Part shown: positions 12,185 through 22,900 of the stretch, piece after piece | Layout of the letters: every line of letters starts with the position of its first letter | Numbering within the stretch: the first letter of the stretch is position 1 | Source: Nemertoderma westbladi | Lineage: Eukaryota > Animalia > Xenacoelomorpha | Direction: 5' to 3' | Length of the DNA stretch: 64,000 nt | Assembly (NCBI GenBank): GCA_032718475.1 | Contig: JAUCBJ010007194.1 | Location: forward strand, 53,027 to 117,026 | Made by a program: the position numbers and the translations under genes | Notes under the pieces: generated by a model | What the model was told of the DNA's origin: nothing | Seen by the model: the letters and a program-made list of their open reading frames with translations, nothing else | Databases searched by the model: none

Positions 12185-13281
12185 TGTTGCCGTTATTCCC
12201 AACACCAGGGGGGAAAACGCCGATGCTGGAGGCGGAATTTTCAGACCACTTTATCCCGGCCAGTCACCGGATATTGGGAGTGGAGAAGGATGTTATCTGA
12301 GATGAAAGATTGCAGGTAGAGAAAAAGTTTCATTGGTAGGATATAATCTTTAATGTAACTTGAACCCTGATTGAATCTTGTTCAATACCATAATGAACCT
12401 TTATTGAGAATAATTTGGGCTTCCCCACACCAATATACCAAATATTCACAATAATACACAAATATAAATTCCTAAAGTAAATGATTTAATTACCCACTGT
12501 TCGCTTTCAGATTTTGACCTAACTAATGTTCCCCATTTTCCCTCGGTGCTAGTCCGGTACAGTAGTGTCAGTGTCGGTCGATCCTTCGCATGTCCATCCC
12601 ACCCTTCCCGAACCCTGACGGGATCGGTCATCAGGAAAGCAGTACGGCTTAGCTAGGGGTCTGTCAGTTCATGGCAGGGTCCCAACCACCAAAGCTTTTC
12701 GAATCCTTTTCAGGCTCGTAATCGCATCGGTAGCCGAGAAGCTGCTCTGAATAGTCAGTAGGTCAGTAGAATCCGGTTTTCTGTCTTTCGACCCTGTCGC
12801 ATGGCCGTCCCACCCTTCCTGAACCCTAGCGGGTTCGGTCATCAGGTAAGCGGTACGGCTTAGCTAGGGGTCTGTCGGCCCGTTGTGAGTCCCAACTGTC
12901 GGAGATTTCCGAGTCCCTTTCAGGCTCGTACTAACGCCAGTCGTGGAACCCACGCCAGGAAGTCTACTACTAGGATCGGCATGCTGCATTGCAGCTGCAT
13001 TTTTAAGAATGCTGTGCCGGCTTATCGACAAAATTGCACCGCCACAACTCCCTGTCACCCATGACATTTGCTCATGACACCCATGACAGGAAGTCAGTCC
13101 TCGTCGAACCCTTCCTTTCTGTCCGGTCAGTCGATCCTTCGCAAGTCCCCAATGCGAAGACTCCGGCCGAGTCCCTTTCAGGCTCAGTCGTAGCCAACGC
13201 ACCAGGAACCGCTTAGGATCTGTCAGTTCCCGTCGCAAATCCCCGGCGCAACCAGCTAAGCTTTCCGAATCCTTTTCAGGC
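12185..13281 (-). repeat. 3' LTR of D (U3 end and PPT deleted; contains ~200-bp tandem units)
   Basis: 12185-12388 and 12925-13281 match 36476-36909. Homology stops at 13281. Confidence 0.85.
12965..13086 (-). mobile_element. Short RTE 3'-end insertion in the D LTR
   Basis: Reverse complement of ~48010-48120. Flanked by duplicated CAGGAAGTC, which is single-copy in the other LTR at ~36714. Confidence 0.85.
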
Positions 13282-13354
13282 GTTTGGGAGGCGTTTGGGA
13301 ACGAGAAGTATCCGCTCCGCACGCCATTTCATGTGCGACGTTTCGGGCACTCAG

Positions 13355-15212
13355 TCACGCTCTAGTCTTTACGTGTGCGTTGGCGTACGTCTCGAACATA
13401 ACCATGTTCCCGGTAGCCGTAACGTCCTTGGTGGGACATTTGATGTTGCACCGAGGGCTCGCAGTATGCCCACGGAAACCGCACGTTGTACAGACGTTAT
13501 AGAGTGTCAGGCAAACCGCTACGTCATGGCCCGGGGTAGCGCAATATGGACAATAGAGTATCCCAAGGATTTAGAAGCAGCGTTCGGTAACTCGTTGTTT
13601 CTTAAGAAGTCTCTGAAGTCTCTTAAGGAGTCTCTGAAGAAGATTGGGATCTGTACGCCGGCATAGTATTCCAGACGTCTATCCTTTTTCGGGATAATTG
13701 TCGTAACCGGGAGCCCGCGGAAGGCTGTGCTGTTGCGGAGTTGGGCCTCGTTTCGGTATCCTTCTTTATGGTCCGCTGGATGCATCTCGGGTGCCCGTTT
13801 CTGACGGTATATCCACTCCATCTGTTCCGCGTACCATCGGGTGAGTCTCATTGGGTCTTGAGGAATGGTGGGAGCCGTCGCAACAGCCGGTCGGTCAAGG
13901 GGTGCTGGAATATTCGCTGAGGGAATCCTGAGGAGGTCTCCGGGTGTTGGTGGTATACTAGGACCCTTCGCGACTTGAATAGCTGATAGGGTCCGCTGTG
14001 TACTGGTACTTGGGGTTTCCGAAGACCAACCCTCTCCTCCAGGAAACGGGTATGGAGACAACCTCTTGCATGCATCGCCGAAGTCACTAAGCGCAAAGGC
14101 GGGAACTAGCTCTCTCGCCGGACTACCGGAGCCAAGCGGAGTAGCCGGCTTCCGTCGCAGGCTCAGCCACGGCAATACGCTTAGCAGCCGATCCGTAGGC
14201 AACTTCCGGTTCGAGTTGACGTTTTGGGGTGGATAGCAGAATGCCTTCTTGTTTCCATAACTCCTCCCCTTCCGACGATACCATAGGTTCCTCTGCGCCA
14301 AGGAGATGGGTAATTGTGGGGATATCGAATGGTCCGTGCAGATCCCAGGATTCGATAACGGCGAGCGTCTTGGCGTCTCCCGGTGGGATATTCTTCACCG
14401 CCTTGAATGCGTGGTCGATCACCTCGTTCCATTCGTAGTCTATGAAGGACCTTGGGACCGCGCTAATAAGTTTATCGAGGGTTTTACAGATAAAGTTGGC
14501 AACCGTAGTCGTTAGCATTAGCGTAGTCGTTCCGGATATACGCTTTTATATCCGACCCAATCTTGATAATATCGAAGTCGAACAAGACCTGTTGGATCAC
14601 CAATGGTAGTAGCCAGACCGCCCCAGCTGTCCGTAGTTCCTGTTGGGGTGTCGGGAAGATTCGACATATCAATACCAATCCGTCTAGGGTTCCGAGGACA
14701 ACGATTAGCGACCGACCATACTCCTTCATCCCGTATTTCTCTTTATAGTCGTCTCGGTTTTGGATGACTGTCATACGTTCCTCTCGCAGCGTCGCCGTAC
14801 ATTCCGCCAGGTTTCCCCACTGTGCGAGATAGGTACTCTTGTCGTCGATGAAACTATGACATTGCACCATTGTAACCGCCTTCGGAGTCGGCGTCGCATT
14901 GCCCTCGTTGTCGTATATTAGGCACCGGGATTTGTAAACGCTTCGCCGGAACGTATCCCAGAACGACAACTCTTCTCCTCTGATTGCCTCAGCGTTCCGA
15001 GTCCCTTTCAGGCTCGTACTTGCCTCGAACAACCGGAGCGCCTGCACGTTACGGGTATCCGGGGCCTCCCTCCCGGAGAAACGAATGACTCGCACATTCT
15101 CCTTCAACAGGGCATTCCATTTCGCATCAAAACTAGGAGATCCAGGTTGTGGATAGTCTAATGAATCAATTGTATTACTTAATTTGCCAAGAATCTGGCG
15201 ATTCGGGTCCAT
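13355..15212 (-). pseudogene. Extra 3' ORF of D: DEDDy-like 3'-5' exonuclease domain plus tandem CCHC zinc knuckles (frameshifted)
   Basis: Shows LIYDNEG (ExoI DxE), LIVVLGTLDGLVLICRI, LPLVIQQVLFDFDIIKIGSDI and YIRND (YxxxD). CPYCATPGHDVAVC and CTTCGFRGHTASPRC lie at 13552-13448, in a frame absent from the ORF track. The family call is by motif recognition only. Confidence 0.65.
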
Positions 15213-15728
15213 ATTGTAAATTATGTCCGTTACAAATTAAATCAGTTAATTATAAATCCAGAAAGTCTGATTCTATAGCGACTGCAGAATAGTTATTTTT
15301 AATGTAGTTAATATTATTGCTATATAGGCATCTATCATCTTATTGCAACTACATTCAGTATTTACAGTTACTATAGCTATACATTATTATCCAACCAGAT
15401 TTTTGACTTTTTATGTCCGCTTCTTTTTCAAATTCTTTTTCCATTCTACATTTTATACTTTTTTTTGTCTTTTTTATTTCTATAGTTTATACATTTCATA
15501 TTTCATTTCATTTCTTTCATATTTCATCATGTATTCCACATTATATCATTTATTCCATCATTACATCATTTATTACACATTTCATTGGGGTTATAGCCCA
15601 CCGGCTATCATCATTGGGTTATAAGCGCAAAGCATCAGGAATGCGCATCATCACATTTTCATCATCATCATAATACGCGTCATCATTCAGTTTATAGTGA
15701 GTTATCTGTTCCTTTTCATCATTACTTA

Positions 15729-16917
15729 TGTTCGCGCTTTCAGACCTTTGGCAGTTTAACCCGCCAAATTAGGATGTCTTCTAGATAATAAATCGCTTTA
15801 GCCTCTAACAAGTATTTGATTCACTACACTAGTTGAAACCAATCTGTGCGCGATCATTCACCCGTTGGATATACCCGGGAGATTGATTTCGACAGCTTAA
15901 TCGTATTGCTATGTAAGCCTAATGTATTATTCGACTGACAGTATTATATAATCTCTGACAATATTATTCACCTTCGGGAAATATTAACAGTTCCTTTAGG
16001 ACGTGGCGCTCTATCTATATAAACAGAGTTATGACTTAAACTACTCACAACGGTATGGCTTAGTTACAATTCACATATTTGGCGCATTCTTTAGGAAATG
16101 CTTCGTTATCAGTCTCACTCATACACAATGCTGCACAATACTGCACACTAATCTGCCGATCTTCACTGATTTTAGTCACATATAAAAGGAACACAGACCG
16201 ACTCATGTAGGGTCTATCAAATAACATTAAATTCACTTCAAACCACTTTAACATAAGTCACAATTGTTATATGTAACCTTTCTCTCTTACCTTCGGTATA
16301 TCAAGAATATTGGGTTTCGGGGTTATTTCTCGTTATTCCAAATATAATAATTCATCAACAAATATAATGAATAACCGACAGCAAAGCAGTAATGTTAAGT
16401 TAAGTTGCACAGTATGGGCCAGTTAACCAGTGTTAACCAGTGCAGATAACATTGAGTTACCCAGATAACGGATATATGTCCTTATAATTAAGCCTACTAG
16501 TGTAAGGCTAAAGCAGAAAAGCACAAAATACTCCAAAGCCGTTCTTCCTTGGCTCAGGACTGAATGATAACACTGCCCATAATGCATTACGTGATTTCTC
16601 GGAAATTTCTGTACAAGAGCCATAAAAATGCTCTGATTGGCTGACTGAACTAAGAGAGAACAAAGAAACAAAGAAATGTTCTACGTGGCAATATCAGCTG
16701 TTAGCCGTCGTCATGGTAGCGACACTGTTTTCAAGAGTATCCAGCTATTGCGTCACGAAATACGGATTATGTCCTTTAAAGTACACATACAGAAGCAATG
16801 GCTTTTATGTCCTCTAAAACACCAGTACAGTAAAGACACGGCCTTTTTATGCCTGGTAAACCAACTACAGAGTACTTTAAGGGAAAATAACCGGCTAATT
16901 ACGCAAAAGCTTTTACA
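15729..16917 (-). repeat. 3' LTR of A
   Basis: Near-identical to 26717-27906. Preceded on the minus strand by the PPT TGGGAGCGG. Confidence 0.96.
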
Positions 16918-16995
16918 CCGCTCCCAGAAAATGGGATTTAAGTCTATAAAATATAACAAATCACAGTTTCTAAAATATAAAGATACTCTAAACAG

Positions 16996-18324
16996 TTAGT
17001 CTTTCTTACGCAGACGGCGTTTACGCAGTTTTTTGAGGCTAGCAAGAGTCTTTTTCTCTTTGGGGGGAGCCACTTTACTAGGAGGGCCATAACTCCTGGG
17101 TAAAGGGTGCAATACAATTGCATTAGAAGGTTTGGGTTTACGGTCGGAGCCTCGTCCATTTCGATATGCTTCTCCTCGAGCTGATTTTCCTCCGCTTGTC
17201 ATGGGATACGTTCGTCCAAAACTCTCGCAGAGAATAGGGTTTTCTAAGCTTGATATCTTCTTAGAGATTCGAGATTTCCCAATCGAACTGAGATAAGGCC
17301 AATTCGTTTATCGATTGGACTTACTGTTATAACTTACGTTTATCTGAACAAACGCAGGTTTCTTTTTTGATCTTTATAGAATAGCGTTTAACTCGTTTCG
17401 TACAACGCTCTCCTTCACCTTGATGAAGGGTTGTATCGCGTTAAACGGGGACGACCATACGGTTGGATAGTGATATTAGGTGTCCGCGTCACAATCCGGC
17501 TAGGTAAGATGGGCGGCTAGCTAGAAATCACTGTCGGAGTGTTACCGATTAATTGTTAGGGTAGCACTAGATCTTTGAACAGTGAATACAGTCCGCGAGG
17601 ATCCGCGACACCACCAGGATCGCAGGTCTGAGGTCCAACTAAGGAATGAGGAGGTTTGACCGAGTATTCCGGGACTCTGATCGTAGGTTTACTCCAGGAT
17701 CGTTCGAGCCGAGTGAGCATAGGTGATACGTCAAACAAGTTTCGCTCGAAACTCCAGTAAATATAACGAGCACAACTGTGTTTAACACAACGTTTCCGTG
17801 GATGTTTATGTCTTTCCGTTTATTGGCTGGGTCTAGGGCATTTATCGTAATAATACCAAAGACGCACGTCTGGTAGGGGAAACGCGGATGATATTTATTT
17901 GTTGTTACAATGCTTCTATCAAGAATTCCAAATATATGTTGGAGTTACCGCGTTTATTTGTTTCTTTAATGTCTTTTCTTTCGAGTCGATTTCGAATAGG
18001 ATTTTCGCATTAGAATTTTGGTTTATCGTTTCGACTCCTCTGGGTAGGATATGTTCGACATAGTCCGTATCGTGTAAATCGATAGAATGGCCAATGGTTA
18101 AGAAGTCCATATACATACCATTACAATGCGTGTAGCGAGCGGTGAATTTTCCATAGTCCAATTCACGCGTAAGTTACTTCCAGGAAATCGTAGGTTCGAT
18201 ATAACGACCATCATCCTTCGTAGTAGTTGGACTAGTATCACCGCGTATCAAGCTATCAACAAACGCTTGAAAGTAGAGTATATCGCTCCCTGATACCAAG
18301 ACCATCTTCTATCAACTCCGTCAT
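16996..18324 (-). pseudogene. Decayed extra 3' ORF of family 1 in copy A
   Basis: Same MTELIED...KKLRKRRLRKKD pieces as in copies 0, B and C. Confidence 0.55.
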
Positions 18325-19986
18325 ATCTGCTATATATGAGTTTATTAATATTATAATGAGTTTATATTTAGGCTAGCGAGCGTCGCTGCCTACCCCAATC
18401 AGCCCCCGGACAGTGCGAGATCCTCAGCGCCGATGTGTCGTCGCCGCTGTACTTTCGCCAACGACGTAGCCGCACAACGACAACGACAACCGGCACAAGT
18501 CACTCGACTGTCCGTCCCAAAGGCTTAGATACACCTCAGGTTCTTACTGGAGAGTTAGGGTTACTTTCACAATTGCGACTCGCTACTGTAAACACACCTT
18601 AGTAGTAACATTCGCCTATAAACTCACAAATACCACACACACAACTTGTCACAAATTACACACACTCGGGCCATTTGTCCGTTAGTCAATGCCTTCCAGA
18701 ATGTCACTGTATTATTATGTATCCTTGGATACTAGCAGTGCGCTATTTATTCCCTATGCTATTCAATGGGACAAGCTTTCTATTGTTCTTTTAACTCAAT
18801 TCTAATTCTAGCGTGGTTGTTGCTATGGTGACATTATGCAAAGCTAGCGGTAGAATTAGGGTAATTCCAATGCATACAGATCTGGGATGTTATTTAATAG
18901 TAATTCTTTAATGGTCAATGTCCTGTTTTATACATGACTTTATGAATTTTATCGGCTATTGACTATGTTTGGGAGCCTTTCGCACACTCATACGCATAAT
19001 AAGATAAATCTCCGCTCCCTTGATCTATTAATTAATGGAATTTTGGGAATGTTATAAATTGCGTAAAAATGGCAATTTATTAAATTCATTAAAAGGCATG
19101 AATTTAAATTTATTCCCTGAAATTTTATTATTTGATAATTAAATTGACATATTTTGATTCTAGAACATGTCTGGGGACACAAGATCCTTAATTCTATGAA
19201 AATTGTCTTTTTAAGAATATCGGTAAATGCTACGATATCTTAATTGACTAGAATTGTTGAAGGATCTGAATTTTACAGATTTTGATTTATTAGATTTGCA
19301 AATATTAAATAATTAATATTTGAGATGGGCACCGATTTATTCCAGAACTTGTCTGGGGACGTTAACCACTGATTCTAGAATTTGTCTTTCAAGTATATCG
19401 GTGGGTGCCGCGATATCTTAATCGACTAGAATTACAGATGGTCAAAGGGTTTAACAGATTTATTTTGCGTTATACGCTACTGTTAAAGGGACATCACGCT
19501 ACTATATGTATTATTTAATATACGGTATGAGAGCAATATCGCACGAAGCAATGTCAGTGTGAAGAGGCAAGTCGTTTCCAAGGTCTACCCAGAGCTTGGT
19601 TTAGCCGAGACACGAGGATCTGAACTTTGCATTCCTAATACTCTGCCTACCAATAATACTTGAATATAGTAGTGGCTTTATTGTACTTTAATAAGTACGG
19701 ATATTTCATCTTTACTGTAGTCACGTATTTATAATATGATACGGACAGTAAGGAAAGAGAAAAAGAATTATTTCTCGCCGTCGCACTAAATATATATTAT
19801 ACGTAATTACGTACGTAATAAACGCGAATATATTGCACTAATCTACTAAATGATCGCTAAAATAACATTCTACTGAATAAAATTAAAGAAAACGATTATA
19901 ATAAAATTATATAGTAATACATACAGAAATATAAAAATAATAAAATAATATAAAATAATAGAGTCACACACCCACTCCATATGTTG

Positions 19987-22900
19987 TTACGTTATGGAGT
20001 CCCTAGATGTTTGAAGGATTAGGGAGGTGGTCGTGGGAAGAGAATCTTGCCTTCCACAGTTTCCGGAGAGTCCTCCATTCCCTTCCGGTAAACACAAACG
20101 ACCGACTGGGTGATTGAGTCGCTGCATCCCGAATACGATTCCAGGTTTCCTCTTCGTCCTGGAATAGTGACGATAGAAACATCGCTCTAAGTACACGACG
20201 GCCTTACAAAGCCGATTCCAGGAGCTATAGTGGTCCGTCGCTCCCTGCAGGAGAGGTGAGAGTCCCTGCGAGACGTCTGATGTTCCAGAGCTCCAATCGC
20301 TCCCTCTGATCTTCATGAAGGATCCACTCGCGGTGGGGAGGTCCAGATCCACGGCGTCGTCCCTGGCAATATGTAATACCGACAGATCTATCCCGGGTTC
20401 AAATAACTCCGCTCCACCCGTCCGGGTTTTAGGTTTAACTTTCTCCGCTCCCTTGGCTGGTCTAATCTCAGTCGGAGTAAGATGGGGAGGCCATTCATCC
20501 TCCTTACTCAGGAAGTCGGGTTCACCTAACCGGTCTGTAGTATCTGTCAGTTCTTGAGGAGTTGCTCCTCTGGAAGCGATGTCAGTTGGATTAAACTTCT
20601 TGGGGCAATATCTCCATTGATCTACATTGGAGCTAATATCGTCATTATCTGAGGAGTATGGTGTTCCCTCAGTTGGGTCGTCTCCCTCACTAGTATCATC
20701 TTCCCATTCACTCACCTGGCGGACGCGATCTTGAAGCAGTCTTTCTCTGAGCGTTCTTCGGGAAGGTCCAGTAAGGTACCAACCTACTCTAGTTCTTACC
20801 GCATAGGTCTGAAGTGGTTGCGGTTGAGCAGGTCGTTTCTCCAATGTCTCCAGCGCCTCATGCGCGTTTTGACTGATTAATATTTGTACTCCAGGATAAT
20901 CGGTGTCGAATCTAGGGATGTTAAGTTGTTGGGCATGATCATCTTCGTCCCAATTATAAGGTTCCACTTGGGTGGTAGCGAAGTTCTTTATTGCCACCAT
21001 TTTGACTGACCTTATACTGTATTCTCCTAGTTTATCCTGTGGAGTGGACAACTCACCTATATAATAGTCGGCAGCTACAGTAGAATTCCAAACCTGCATG
21101 ATCCCTGACATGTTTAGCTTGGTTCGGAACTTGGGTTGTCCAGCAAAGATGACTTCGGCTAGTTCTTTATCGATGAATGTTCCTGTGCTACCGGAGTCCA
21201 GGAGGGCGTTCACTATATAGCTCTTCTGAGGTCCGTGGACCCGTAACTGGACTACAGGAAATTCTCGGATTCCTATATTGGAAGTTGGCGCTTTCCAAGA
21301 TGGTTGTTGATCAGAAGTAGTTAAGGTAAGGTCGCTGTCTGTGTCTTTCTCATGCACGAGTGCTCGATACACTGCGGTGGTGTTTATTAGGTAACAGGAT
21401 TCGTTTTGGTCGGAGAACTCGTCCGTATAGAATCCTTCCATCTCAGATTGATCAGTGTCGTTCACATCACTGAATTGGACATGTAGTTCGGACTCACTTA
21501 CCAGACTCGGGCTGTTTCGTTCGAATTCCGTGTGCAACAAAATATGATGTTTTGCGCCGCACTTTGCACACCTTGCGTCGGAGTAACAGGTTCGCCGTTG
21601 GTGTCCTCGTCTGAGGCAATTATAACACAACCGCTTATCCCACATGACTTCACGTCTATCCTTTAGTGATTTCCTCAGGAATTTATCACACGCATTTAAA
21701 CGGTGGGGCCCGTCGCACAGCACACATTTCGGCTTGATGTTACTTACTTTAACCTGTGCTATGTGGTGCACACTTGTTCTTTCCTCGGGCTTTCTCACCT
21801 GAATTCTTTTAGGAGACGTAGGAGGGGTTTTTTGTACCGGTTCCCTTCTGTCATTGGGTCGAGACTTGGATTTACTTACCTGGTCTTTAGGCGTTTTATT
21901 GACATAATAAGATCTTTCAGTGTCTTTCCCGCTGTCCTCTCCTTGAGAGGTTTGGCTTTCGCCGTCGTCTGTATAACACATTGGTGTTACCCTTCTCTTA
22001 GAAACGGGTTTCTCACTTACCTTGTTTTCCAATGTCTTCTCTCTGGACTGCCTTAGGAGCTGTAATTTCACTTCTCTATCTAAGAATGACATGAGATCAG
22101 TCATGGTAGGGTCTCGTCGTTGTTGTTCCATCATATATAACACTTTCTTATCCCAGCGTGTACCTACTCCACCCTTCGGTAAAGTAGAAGCCACTGCTCT
22201 AATAACCATAGCACTCTGATACTCATGAGACTTACCTAGCCAATCTAATTGTCTGCAGATCTCCTGAATTTCATCGGAAAACTCTATAATCCCGTTGCTA
22301 ATAAACTTTCGGGGCGCTACCAACTTTGCATACAAATACCCAGCTATTTTATTCCTATTACCATACCTGATGTTTAGTGTATCCCAAACTTGTCTTAATC
22401 CGTCTGGATGTCCAATAAACTTTAACGCCATTAACTTGGGAGATCCTTCCAAGCACTCAATGAGGAATCTAAGTTTCTCTCCATTAGATAGTACAGAGTT
22501 CTGTATGTTATCTTTGTAATATTCATTAAAAGGTAACCATTTCATCTCATCTCCATTGAACTTGACGATCTCTCCCACCTTTACCGCTTGCCGGGCTTCG
22601 GTTCTAGCCATTTGACGCGTAAAACTTTCTTGGGCCATCGTGTTATTTAATATCGAGTTATCAGTATATAAATTTCTCGGATTATGATCCGTTCTATATG
22701 GAATATCCTTATCAACAGGTCTATAATTACCCTTAATAGGGTTCACTATAGGAGTTTCTACTTCGCTAGCAGTATAGATGCGTGTAGGCTCCACACCTTG
22801 CGCATGCGATACTTCAGACCTAACAGGTTGACACATTGTTACAGAGGGTGGTGGTATACTCTTTTGTGTATTTACTAATTTATCGCGTTCTAGCGCGATA

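Noticed and set aside
12595-12850. Hammerhead ribozyme (CUGAUGA-stem-GAA)
   Set aside because: The core reads GAAG, and no stem I partner or UH cleavage site could be built. A K-turn fits better.
16003-16999. Recurrent 60-107 aa ORFs (MALYLYKQSY.., MLKWFEVNL..)
   Set aside because: They recur only because they lie in LTR copies, have no recognisable domain, and are not kept in the diverged LTRs.
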